Position numbers and translations under genes: made by a program
Notes under the pieces: model-generated
What the model was told of the DNA's origin: nothing
The model's input: only the letters and a program-made list of their open reading frames with translations
Databases searched by the model: none
Shown here: positions 28,693 to 37,797 of the stretch, one piece after another
How the letters are laid out: the number at the start of each line of letters is the position of its first letter
How positions within the stretch are numbered: position 1 is the stretch's first letter
Source: Bacteroidota bacterium
Lineage (GTDB): Bacteria > Bacteroidota > Ignavibacteria > Kryptoniales > JAKASW01
Reading direction: 5' to 3'
DNA length: 64,000 bases
NCBI GenBank assembly: GCA_021794075.1
Contig: JAJYRM010000009.1
Coordinates: forward strand, 2,523 to 66,522

Positions 28693-28992
28693 ATGATTCG
28701 ACACGTAATATTTTTCAAGTTTAAGGCTGGAACCACGGAATCACAAATCGCGAAGCTGCAGGAAGGGCTTGGCGGGCTTCCGGCATTGATACCTGAAATA
28801 AGAGCGTACGAGTTCGGAAGTGACTTGGTCAAGTCAGAAAGGTCATTCGATTTTGCCCTGATCTCATCTTTCGATGACCTGGAGTCCGTTAAACGCTACG
28901 CCGCTCATCCGGAGCACCAGAAGGTACTGATACATATCAACGCCATTTGCAGTGAAGTGAAATCGGTGGACTTTGAAAGTGGCAGCAAGTAG
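28693..28992 (+). CDS. Dabb (stress-responsive A/B barrel) protein
   Basis: MIRHVIFFKFK, IPEI, Y-x2-HPEH, VDFE. Confidence 0.9.
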   Translation: MIRHVIFFKFKAGTTESQIAKLQEGLGGLPALIPEIRAYEFGSDLVKSERSFDFALISSFDDLESVKRYAAHPEHQKVLIHINAICSEVKSVDFESGSK

Positions 28993-29065
28993 ACGGGAAA
29001 TCGATTTCGTTGATAAGGTGAGATAATGCTTATCACAATTGCCGGAGAAGCCACAGAGGAGACGA

Positions 29066-29980
29066 ATGTCTGAAACCATTCTCATGACAGAGGGATTGAG
29101 CAAAAGGTTCGGCAACAGGTGGGCCGTGAAGGATCTCAACCTGGATGTTCGTGCAGGAGAGATTTTCGGATTTCTCGGGCCAAACGGCGCGGGGAAAAGC
29201 ACGACCATCAGGATGATACTCACTCTCCTCCTTCCGACTTCAGGCAGCGTGAAACTTTTCGGCAAAGAAATTCGCCGGGCCAGGGCGGAAATACTCTCAA
29301 GGGTCTGTGGAATAGTCGAGAAGCCTGATTTCTATTTATTCCTTTCGGCATATAAGAACCTTGAGCTGCTCGGCTCACTCTCGAGGAAAGTGACGCGAGA
29401 TGAGATATTCGAGGCGCTTGAGATAGTCGGACTGAAGGCAAGGGCCGGAGATAAGGTTAAGACTTTCTCGCACGGTATGAAGCAGAGACTTGGGATCGCG
29501 CAGGCGATCCTGACCAGGCCTGACCTCGTTATACTAGATGAGCCCACATCCGGCCTTGACCCTCAGGGGATGAAGGAGGTCCGCGAACTCATCCTCAGGC
29601 TCTCGCGGGAACATGGCACGACGGTTTTCCTGTCGTCGCATCTCCTTACTGAAGTCGAAGCGGTCGCGCAGAGAATGGCGGTACTGAATCACGGCTCGCT
29701 GATAGCCCAGGGAGCCGTCTCTGAGCTTATGAACGACGGCTCATCTTACTTTACTATTTCAGCGTCGCCGGTGGACAAGGCGTTGGAAATGTTACGAAAT
29801 GTGGATTGGGTTGAGGTTGTCGCTACAGGGAACGGCATCGACGTTCGCATCGACTCGCGGAGGGCCGCCGAACTGAACAGACTCCTTGTAACTTCCGGGA
29901 TAGACGTGTCGGCGTTCGCAGCCAAGCGCACCCTCGAGGATTACTTCCTGAAAATTACGGAAGGAGCGTCAGAGGCATGA
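29066..29980 (+). CDS. ABC-2 type transporter ATP-binding protein
   Basis: GPNGAGKST, FSHGMKQRLG, ILDEP, SSH; SD GAGGAG. Confidence 0.95.
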   Translation: MSETILMTEGLSKRFGNRWAVKDLNLDVRAGEIFGFLGPNGAGKSTTIRMILTLLLPTSGSVKLFGKEIRRARAEILSRVCGIVEKPDFYLFLSAYKNLELLGSLSRKVTRDEIFEALEIVGLKARAGDKVKTFSHGMKQRLGIAQAILTRPDLVILDEPTSGLDPQGMKEVRELILRLSREHGTTVFLSSHLLTEVEAVAQRMAVLNHGSLIAQGAVSELMNDGSSYFTISASPVDKALEMLRNVDWVEVVATGNGIDVRIDSRRAAELNRLLVTSGIDVSAFAAKRTLEDYFLKITEGASEA

Positions 29981-30819
29981 GTCTCTTCGCGATAGAAATT
30001 GAAAAGACGTACCTCCGTTGGCGGACCTACATCGGCTTCGCTGTCATACTCGTCGCCGTAATTCTGCTGGAAGTGATAATCAAGCTTAATGAACCTCAGA
30101 TGGCCCGCGCCTTCTCGGGCGGATTAAGTGCGGATTTCATCATCTCGGGGCATATCCTGAATGCATGGGTTATTACTGCTTTTGTCATGAATTCACTTTA
30201 TATCCATGTCCCGTTTCTGATAGCGCTTGTCGCCGGTGACATGGTATCTTCGGAAGCCACATCGGGCACGCTTCGCTTCATGCTGATTCGCCCTCCATCA
30301 CGATCCAAAATAATATCGGCCAAATTTCTCGCGATGCTTTTCTATACGGCAACGCTTATTATTTTTTTTGGTATACTTTGTGTTGGCATCGGCCTCATGT
30401 TATTTGGCGGAGGGGAGCTGATAAAGGTCCAGCCGGGTATGCCGCATATCGTCGTCCTCCCTGCGCGTCTTGCCGCTTCACAGACCGGTTTGGCTTTCAT
30501 CGCCGCGATAATCTCCATGTCAGTGGTAGGCGCGCTGGCGTTTCTTTTCTCCACCCTCGTCGACAATTCGATTGGCCCGATAATAGGTTCGATAGCAGTT
30601 GTAATCATTTCATTCATACTCGGCAATCTTCCTTTCGAATTCACTGAATCGCTTCGCCCTTATTTGTTCACTACATATATGGGAATATGGCAACTCCTCC
30701 TTGACAATCCCGTCGATTGGCCTATGGTCCTCAAATACGCGCTCGCCCTGCTTGGTTACGATACTGTATTTTTCATGGTAGCTTATTATGTTTTTGTGAG
30801 AAAGGATATAAAGAGCTGA
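29977..30819 (+). CDS. ABC-2 type transporter permease
   Basis: About 6 TM; E-x3-GTLR-x5-PPSR-x6-K; ATGA overlap with the ATPase gene. Confidence 0.9.
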   Translation: MSLFAIEIEKTYLRWRTYIGFAVILVAVILLEVIIKLNEPQMARAFSGGLSADFIISGHILNAWVITAFVMNSLYIHVPFLIALVAGDMVSSEATSGTLRFMLIRPPSRSKIISAKFLAMLFYTATLIIFFGILCVGIGLMLFGGGELIKVQPGMPHIVVLPARLAASQTGLAFIAAIISMSVVGALAFLFSTLVDNSIGPIIGSIAVVIISFILGNLPFEFTESLRPYLFTTYMGIWQLLLDNPVDWPMVLKYALALLGYDTVFFMVAYYVFVRKDIKS

Positions 30820-31619
30820 TGAACACGAATCGATGGATGTGCAGACAAGGGACTACCGGGCCGGAGTTCAACCCGACGCGTTGCGTGCGTCACCGGGGAG
30901 CAATTGGAAAGATCATGACTCTTTGCGGCTTGGTGATACCTCTCGTGTTTGGAGCATTAATTATCTTCGGGGCGTTTAATCGAGCTAGGGCAGCGTCTTC
31001 AAGGGAAAAGGGGATAGCCTATCTTGAGAAGGCGATTCACAAATTCGACGGGATAAAAGATTACGTTGTCGACGTGAAGGTGCACATGGATATGAAGGGG
31101 GTCCAGATGCCTGACATGGAGGCGAAGGTGTATTTCAAGGAACCCGATAAGATTAAGATAAATTCGAAAGGGCTGTTCTTCATGCCGAAAGATGTTGGCG
31201 TGATCAATCCGCGTAATTTCAATCCAAATAAATTTGAGATCGCGCTGATAGACACTCTCACATATAACGGGAATCCCGCGGCGCAGCTGTCACTCGTTCC
31301 GAAGAGCGACGAGAGCGGGAACAAGAACATATTCCTGACGATCGATATGAAGGACTGGATTATAGTTCAAATCGCGACGTCGCCTTCGCCGGGAAGAGAA
31401 GCGAGCGCGAAGATCAAGTACGGGATGTTTGATGGATTTCAGATGCCCGTGGAAGTGAAGGTCCATCTTGATGTCAGGAACCTAAAAGGAGAAGGGCGCA
31501 TGCTTGGACCCGAACATGGGCGCCTGGATCAGTTGAACGGGAACGTAGACATCTTTTACTCTAATTACAGGATCAACACCAATCTCCCTGACAAAATCTT
31601 TGAGAAGAAGGTTGAGTGA
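30819..31619 (+). CDS. LolA-like outer-membrane lipoprotein carrier/sorting-fold protein
   Basis: Hydrophobic signal/anchor, IKDY, VYFKEPDKIK, YSNYRINTNLPDKIF. Start uncertain (30819 or 30915). Confidence 0.65.
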   Translation: MNTNRWMCRQGTTGPEFNPTRCVRHRGAIGKIMTLCGLVIPLVFGALIIFGAFNRARAASSREKGIAYLEKAIHKFDGIKDYVVDVKVHMDMKGVQMPDMEAKVYFKEPDKIKINSKGLFFMPKDVGVINPRNFNPNKFEIALIDTLTYNGNPAAQLSLVPKSDESGNKNIFLTIDMKDWIIVQIATSPSPGREASAKIKYGMFDGFQMPVEVKVHLDVRNLKGEGRMLGPEHGRLDQLNGNVDIFYSNYRINTNLPDKIFEKKVE

Positions 31620-31678
31620 GCCGTTCAGGTGAACTTCAAACCTTGAGGAGCTGTATCAAGTATTTGAGGAATTGGGAA

Positions 31679-31912
31679 ATGGAAGTCAATGCCGAGAAGA
31701 TAGACGAAGCGGTTCTCGCGCTTCTTTACCTGACAAGCTTCGAAGAGTACGGAGCAACCCGCGCTTGGAAGAGTCACGATTGGGAAGCGCTCAATCGCCT
31801 ACATGAGAAGGGGCTGATAAGCGATCCGAAAAGCAAGTCTAAATCGGTCATCTTTTCCCCGGAGGGAGCCAAGCTGGGTGAAGAACTGTTTCACAAACTC
31901 TTTAGGAAGTAG
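31679..31912 (+). CDS. DUF6429 family protein
   Basis: KIDEAVLALLYL, RAWKSHDW-x2-LNRLHEKGLI, KSKSV; SD GAGG. Confidence 0.8.
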   Translation: MEVNAEKIDEAVLALLYLTSFEEYGATRAWKSHDWEALNRLHEKGLISDPKSKSKSVIFSPEGAKLGEELFHKLFRK

Positions 31913-31927
31913 CGTTAAGACGACGCC

Positions 31928-31953
31928 CAGCTTTCCGGGAAGCGGAAGGGCTG
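31928..31953. terminator. GC-rich hairpin after the DUF6429 gene
   Basis: CAGCTTTCCG-GGAAG-CGGAAGGGCTG. Confidence 0.45.
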
Positions 31954-32203
31954 ACACTCTTAATGGACGATTGGGTACGGGCTTCAGCCGCCCGACGGAG
32001 GATTCTTCTTCAGGGTAGGATTCACCCCGCTCTTTACGCTCAAAAGACTATTTCCGTGGGGTGGCATTTCTCTGGGTGCCCCTTCTTAATTTCACGGTAA
32101 TCTTGTTTATAGCTTGAGGTCATGTCAGTTCAGATGTTTCCTTGACTCTGTATCACAACATTCCAATGCGCGGCTTTTCCAGTAATACCACCTCCACTCC
32201 TTC

Positions 32204-32232
32204 TTGATAAACTTTTCCCCCTCAAGTATATT
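32204..32232 (+). promoter_or_regulatory. sigma70 promoter upstream of mutS
   Basis: TTGATA-N17-TATATT. Confidence 0.7.
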
Positions 32233-32238
32233 CTAAAC

Positions 32239-32350
32239 ACACGTGAGAAAGAGAGAGGAAAAGTTTGGACTTAGCTTTCCCTCCTGTGACAGCGATTGCC
32301 GTGGGAGGGTGGGGAAGTCTTCATACCTCGATCTGCCGGAGAAGTCGTGT
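32239..32350 (+). ncRNA. Candidate structured RNA / mutS leader (unknown family)
   Basis: Nested helices ACACG/CGTGT, AGAGAGG/CCTC..TCT, GGACTT/AAGTCT, CCCTCC/GGAGGG, starting at the predicted TSS. Confidence 0.35.
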
Positions 32351-32387
32351 TAAACCAAATCTCAAAACGAGAACCTTACGGAAGTGA

Positions 32388-35033
32388 ATGAGTAAAGGCG
32401 CTTCAGCTACGCCGTTGATGACGCAATATCGGAAGGTCAAAGACCGATATCCCGACGCAATCGTCCTTTTCAGGATGGGTGATTTTTATGAGACATTCGA
32501 AGACGATGCGAGGATTGCGAGCAGCGTCCTTTCGCTGACATTGACAAGGCGTTCCAACGGCGCCGCGTCCGATGTCCCGCTCGCAGGATTTCCTCATCAT
32601 GCGATTAACCAATACCTACCGAAGCTTGTCAAAGCAGGTTACCGTGTCGCCGTCTGCGAGCAGCTCGAAGACCCGAAACTTGCCAAGGGAATAGTAAAGC
32701 GAGACATTGTGGAAGTCGTTACACCGGGCGTGAATTTTTCGAGCGACTCCGCGAAGACGAACAATTATTTTGCCTCTCTCATCTCCGACGGTCAGGAATT
32801 CGGGCTCGGTTTTTGCGACGCGACGACCGGTGAGTTCGGCTTTGCACAGGGAGAACTCTCGGTACTCGAAACTTACTTGACTAAGATAGAGCCTCTTGAA
32901 GTCGTCCTTCCTCGCGAAGTGTCCGATGAACTTGAGCCTCTCGTTCAACGCGCACTGAAAAGAACGGTAATTACCAGGCGCGACGATTATATATTCAACT
33001 TCGATTACGCGTACGACAAGCTCATCCATCACTTTAATGTCCAGAGCCTCAAGGGATTCGGGCTCGAATCGAGAGAGCTTGCCGTGCGTGCCTCGGGCGC
33101 AGCGCTGGACTATCTTTCTGAGACACAGAACGGAAACCTGTCGCACATCGTTTCTCTGTCTGAGTTTAGCGTCTCCGGTTTTCTTGAGCTTAACTGGACG
33201 AGCCGAAGGCATCTAGAAATTGTCGATTCGACTTCCGACGGCGGTTCCACGCTTCTGAGTGTGCTGGATCTTACATCAACGCCCATGGGGGCGAGACTTC
33301 TCAGGCGTACGCTCCTCCAGCCGATGAAGGAGGTTGCGTCAATAAACGCCAGGCTCGATGCGGTCGAGGAGGCAATCAAGAACCACTTGACTTCCAATGA
33401 GTTAGGCGAACTCCTCTCCGGATTTGGCGACCTTGAAAGACTCGTCGCAAGAGTCTCCACCAAGCGCGCGAATCCACGAGACATCGGATCGCTTCGCGTT
33501 ATGCTTGAGAGGCTCCCTGGTATTAAGACCTTGGTTGAAAATTTCAAATTACCTGAGTGGCAATCTGCGAGTTCGGCTATAAATCTTGAAGAGTCACTTC
33601 TTAAGCGCCTGAAGGACTCGCTGGCGGATGACCTCCCGGTTCAGGCGTCCGACGGCGGTGTGATAAGAAAGGGATACAACGCCGAACTTGACGAGCTGCG
33701 CGGTCTGGCGTTCAATGCAAAGGATTGGATCGCCCGAATGCAGGTGACCGAGCGTGAACGCACAGGGATCTCATCGCTTAAAGTCGATTACAATTCCGTG
33801 TTTGGCTACTATATCGAAGTTACTAAGTCTAACCTTTCCCGAGTCCCGGAAAACTATATTCGGAAGCAGACGCTTGTCAACGCGGAGCGCTTCATCACTC
33901 AGGAACTGAAGGAGTATGAAGAGAAGGTACTCCACGCCGAGGAGAGAATACAGAAGCTGGAGCTCCAGCTTTTTGAAGAGCTTCGAGATGAGGTCGCCTG
34001 TCATTCTTCGTCTCTCCTGGCGACATCGCGAGCGATTGCGCTCTCCGACATGCTCATTGCATTTGCCAAGGGAGCCGCGGAGAACAATTACGTCAGACCG
34101 ATTGTCGATGAATCACTCGATCTGGAAATTGAGGCGGGCCGCCATCCCGTGGTCGAGAAACTTCTTCCGAGCGGTGAAACTTTCGTCCCGAATGACATCA
34201 CTTTGAAGGAGGGGGAAGCTCAGATCGCGTTGATAACCGGTCCGAATATGGCAGGCAAAAGTGTTTACATAAGACAGGTGGCGGTAATCGTGCTCATGGC
34301 GCAGGCGGGCTCTTTCGTCCCGGCGAAGCGGGCGAGGATGGGCGTCGTCGATAAAATATTCACGAGGGTCGGAGCTTCCGATAACATAAGCGCGGGCGAA
34401 AGCACTTTCATGGTGGAAATGCAGGAGGCCGCGAACATATTGAACAACTCGACCACAAGAAGTATTGTTCTCCTGGATGAGATAGGAAGAGGAACAAGCA
34501 CGTTCGACGGGGTATCTATCGCGTGGTCCATAGTTGAGTACTTACACCAGAATCCCGCCAGGGCGGCGCGAACTCTTTTTGCCACGCATTACCACGAGTT
34601 GAACGAACTTTCCGAGTTGTACCCTCGCGTCAAAAACCTAAAGGCAGACGTCAGGGAGTACGGGGGCAAGGTGATCTTCCTTCACAAGATCGCTGAAGGG
34701 AGCGCCGACCACAGCTACGGCATACATGTCGCGGAGATGGCGGGACTTCCGAAAGCCGTGACGTCAAGGGCAAAGGAAATCCTGAAAAATCTCGAATCAT
34801 TTGAGTTATCCGCGACTGAATCGGCCGCGGCTTCGGCGCAGCAGCCAGTGAGGATGCCGAAACCGCGAAGGGTTGTGCCGAAAAGCAGGGAAGGCGAAAT
34901 GCAGATAGAGCTATTCTCCATCGGAGATGAGGAGCTCAGAAAAAAAATTGAAGGCGTGGATCTCAACAATCTTACGCCAGTTGAAGCGCTCAATAAGATC
35001 GCCGAGTTCAAAAAGATCATAGCGAAGGAGTAA
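32388..35033 (+). CDS. mutS: DNA mismatch repair protein MutS
   Basis: TPLM-x-QY, GDFYE, TGPNMAGKS, STFMVEM, DEIGRGTST, FATHYHEL, SYGIHVA. Confidence 0.98.
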   Translation: MSKGASATPLMTQYRKVKDRYPDAIVLFRMGDFYETFEDDARIASSVLSLTLTRRSNGAASDVPLAGFPHHAINQYLPKLVKAGYRVAVCEQLEDPKLAKGIVKRDIVEVVTPGVNFSSDSAKTNNYFASLISDGQEFGLGFCDATTGEFGFAQGELSVLETYLTKIEPLEVVLPREVSDELEPLVQRALKRTVITRRDDYIFNFDYAYDKLIHHFNVQSLKGFGLESRELAVRASGAALDYLSETQNGNLSHIVSLSEFSVSGFLELNWTSRRHLEIVDSTSDGGSTLLSVLDLTSTPMGARLLRRTLLQPMKEVASINARLDAVEEAIKNHLTSNELGELLSGFGDLERLVARVSTKRANPRDIGSLRVMLERLPGIKTLVENFKLPEWQSASSAINLEESLLKRLKDSLADDLPVQASDGGVIRKGYNAELDELRGLAFNAKDWIARMQVTERERTGISSLKVDYNSVFGYYIEVTKSNLSRVPENYIRKQTLVNAERFITQELKEYEEKVLHAEERIQKLELQLFEELRDEVACHSSSLLATSRAIALSDMLIAFAKGAAENNYVRPIVDESLDLEIEAGRHPVVEKLLPSGETFVPNDITLKEGEAQIALITGPNMAGKSVYIRQVAVIVLMAQAGSFVPAKRARMGVVDKIFTRVGASDNISAGESTFMVEMQEAANILNNSTTRSIVLLDEIGRGTSTFDGVSIAWSIVEYLHQNPARAARTLFATHYHELNELSELYPRVKNLKADVREYGGKVIFLHKIAEGSADHSYGIHVAEMAGLPKAVTSRAKEILKNLESFELSATESAAASAQQPVRMPKPRRVVPKSREGEMQIELFSIGDEELRKKIEGVDLNNLTPVEALNKIAEFKKIIAKE

Positions 35034-35035
35034 AA

Positions 35036-36556
35036 ATGGAACCAACGGGCAAAGTCGTGTCGATTCACGGAGCCACCATCGTCGGAGAGACAAACTCCGC
35101 GCAGACCTTCAGTGTCGGTTCCTACGTCTCAGTCATCTTGGAGGAGAGCAAGCTTCTCGGTGTGATAACGTCACTGGAACTCGCGAGCGAAGAACGAATC
35201 AGATTCACCGCCAACCTCTTCGGAAAGTTCAGCGGTGGAAGGTACTCGCGCGGGACGGAGGAACTCCCCTATCCAGGCGCCCCCATTGAGGTTCCGGAAG
35301 ACAGCGAGCTCGACTTGATATTCAACACGCACAGGAGATACGACTTCGCGTTGGGTGAAATTTCTCTCTTGAAGGGGAAAAGAAATTACATGGACCCTGA
35401 CCGGTTCTTCAGCAGACATGTATCCGTCGTTGGAGCTACGGGGTCCGGCAAATCGTGCGCGGTGGCCACGATACTTCAGAAAGTCGCAAAACTCCCGGGC
35501 GCGAGAATCATCCTTCTCGATCTGCACGATGAGTACAGCGAAGCGTTCGGAGATCTGGCCGAGAAGGTGAATATCGGCGACTTCGAGCTTCCATACTGGA
35601 CGATGAACTTCGACGAGCTCGTGGAGACTTTTATTGATCCGGATGACCCGGCGGCGAAGAGCGAAGCGGTCGTCATGTCTGAAATTCTGTTAAACAGCAA
35701 ACGATCGAAGAACGTCGCGTACAAAGACAGCCTTACGATTGATTCGCCGGTATATTTCGATTTGTCGGATATCAAGGTAAAGATGCAGGCGCTCGATACC
35801 GAGAGACTGCCGAACGGGAAGGAAGGACCCTTCTACGGAAGTTTCACGAGGTTCCTTTTTAAGTTCGATACGAAAGTGAACGACAAGAGGTTCGAGTTTC
35901 TGTTCAAGCCGAAGAAGTTCAAGACCACGGAAACGTTTTCCCAATTCCTGGAGCTCCTTTTCGGGTTGAAGTCTGGCAAATCGCTGGTCGTGCTGAATCT
36001 AAGCAACGTGCCTCCGGAAGTAATCAACGCGATAGCTTCGCTTCTTTCCAGACTTGTCTTCGATTTTAACATGTGGAACAAATATCGCGCGAACCTTCCC
36101 ATACTGCTTGTTCTCGAAGAGGCCCATAACTATTTGAACACGAGAAATTCATCGCAGACCGCGCGGCGGACCATCGAACGCGTTGTCAAAGAAGGAAGAA
36201 AGTACGGCGTGAGCGTAATGATAGTCAGTCAGCGCCCTCTGGACATAGCCGAATCGATAATGTCGCAATGCACGAACTTTGTTGTGATGCGCTTGTCGAA
36301 CCCCGATGACCAGGCGTACATCGGGAAGCTCGTGCCTGAATCCATGGTGGACCTGTTGGACATCATTCCCGCACTCAAACAGGGAGAGGCGCTCCTGATT
36401 GGGGACGCGTGCATCCTTCCGGTCCGTACAAAACTTGATGCTCCCGATCCGTTTCCCAAAAGCAAGGACGTTGACTTCTACACCAAGTGGAGTATCCTCC
36501 CTCCCGCGGTGGATCTTGACAATGTAGTAGAACGTTGGAGAAAGATTAGTTACTAA
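35036..36556 (+). CDS. HerA/FtsK-superfamily ATPase (HAS barrel + DUF87)
   Basis: N-terminal beta-barrel, RHVSVVGATGSGKS, LDLHDEY, LVLEEAHNY, KEGRKYG, SQRP, SQC-x6-RL-x-NPDDQ. Confidence 0.9.
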   Translation: MEPTGKVVSIHGATIVGETNSAQTFSVGSYVSVILEESKLLGVITSLELASEERIRFTANLFGKFSGGRYSRGTEELPYPGAPIEVPEDSELDLIFNTHRRYDFALGEISLLKGKRNYMDPDRFFSRHVSVVGATGSGKSCAVATILQKVAKLPGARIILLDLHDEYSEAFGDLAEKVNIGDFELPYWTMNFDELVETFIDPDDPAAKSEAVVMSEILLNSKRSKNVAYKDSLTIDSPVYFDLSDIKVKMQALDTERLPNGKEGPFYGSFTRFLFKFDTKVNDKRFEFLFKPKKFKTTETFSQFLELLFGLKSGKSLVVLNLSNVPPEVINAIASLLSRLVFDFNMWNKYRANLPILLVLEEAHNYLNTRNSSQTARRTIERVVKEGRKYGVSVMIVSQRPLDIAESIMSQCTNFVVMRLSNPDDQAYIGKLVPESMVDLLDIIPALKQGEALLIGDACILPVRTKLDAPDPFPKSKDVDFYTKWSILPPAVDLDNVVERWRKISY

Positions 36557-37789
36557 ATGAATCAAAGACAATTATTTCACGCCATCGAACATGTCGCTTC
36601 GAAAGATTACAGGTCAGACGAAGAGTTACTTGAGAGTGTCGTACGAGAGATAGCAAATTCGGATCAGATACGGATTAAGGGGGGAAGGATATGGAAGCTT
36701 ATTCCCCGAAAGAATGCCTATATTCTCGTGCGCCAGCTTGGCAAGATGAAGCCGTTGGAAGAAAATTATATGATAAAAGTCTCGGACTATCCGGATTTTA
36801 TTAGGATCGGGAACGAGAAGACGCTTCTGAGTCTCGAGAAGAATGCCGACCTCCGGAAGGGAGGCATAATGAAATACTCCGCCACGGGCGTCGGCGACAA
36901 AACCAAGGTTAAGGGGATACCGCTGTACCAGTACATTCTCTCTTTCAATACCGAGGAAGAGGACCAGGGGCTTTTCGATACTCTAAACGTCATCGGAAGC
37001 GCCGTAACGGCGGTGCTGCGCGGAAGACACGCGCTCGCGCGCACGAAGCAGCTTGAACAGGATATGGATCAAGCGCGAGAGATTCAGCGAAGCATCTTGC
37101 CTGAGCATGAGTATAAGTACGGCGCGTTTCAACTTTTCGGCGTGTCGCTGCCGGAACGAGTGGTCGGAGGAGATTTCTTCGACTACATTACTGCCGGCGA
37201 GGAAGGAGAATGGCTTGGAGTGGCCGTTGGAGACGCGGCCAGCAAAGGACTCAGTGCCGCCGTCGAAGCATTGTACGTCTCCGGCGCCCTGAAAATGGGC
37301 GTAGAGCTCCAAACAAATATGTCCTCACTCGTCCGGAAGATTAATAATCTCGTGAACTCGACTTTCTCCGATTCCCGTTTTGTTACCCTCTTCTACGGCG
37401 AGTTCACCGACAGCAAGAGCGGACTCTTTCTCTACGTAAATGCCGGACATAATCCTCCGATGTTTTATCGGAAATCTACAGGAGAGGTTACGCAGTTAAT
37501 TACGACGGGACCGGCTCTCGGCATCGCGCCGAACGCCAAGTACAGCATTGGAAACGTCAATTTCGAGAAGGACGACGTGTTACTACTTTACACCGACGGC
37601 GTGTCCGAAGCGAGCGACAGCAATTTCACCCTGTACGGCGAAGAAAAGTTGAAGAAAAAACTCTCGGAAGTGGCAAGCCTCGAACCGAAGAGAATGTGTT
37701 ACGAAATACTCGACTCAGTCCAGCGGTTTTCCGCGTCTTCGGCTTATGCGGACGATAAGACGATAGTCGTGATAAAGAGAATGGCATAG
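36557..37789 (+). CDS. PP2C/SpoIIE (RsbU-like) Ser/Thr phosphatase with GAF-like N-domain
   Basis: AREIQRSILP, VGGDFFD, GDAASKG, NAGHNPP, YTDGVSE, DDKT. Confidence 0.92.
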   Translation: MNQRQLFHAIEHVASKDYRSDEELLESVVREIANSDQIRIKGGRIWKLIPRKNAYILVRQLGKMKPLEENYMIKVSDYPDFIRIGNEKTLLSLEKNADLRKGGIMKYSATGVGDKTKVKGIPLYQYILSFNTEEEDQGLFDTLNVIGSAVTAVLRGRHALARTKQLEQDMDQAREIQRSILPEHEYKYGAFQLFGVSLPERVVGGDFFDYITAGEEGEWLGVAVGDAASKGLSAAVEALYVSGALKMGVELQTNMSSLVRKINNLVNSTFSDSRFVTLFYGEFTDSKSGLFLYVNAGHNPPMFYRKSTGEVTQLITTGPALGIAPNAKYSIGNVNFEKDDVLLLYTDGVSEASDSNFTLYGEEKLKKKLSEVASLEPKRMCYEILDSVQRFSASSAYADDKTIVVIKRMA

Positions 37790-37797
37790 GAGGTCCG

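Noticed and set aside
31964-32200. Small minus-strand ORFs between DUF6429 and mutS
   Set aside because: Only 27-aa or shorter ORFs with weak SD sequences and no motifs.
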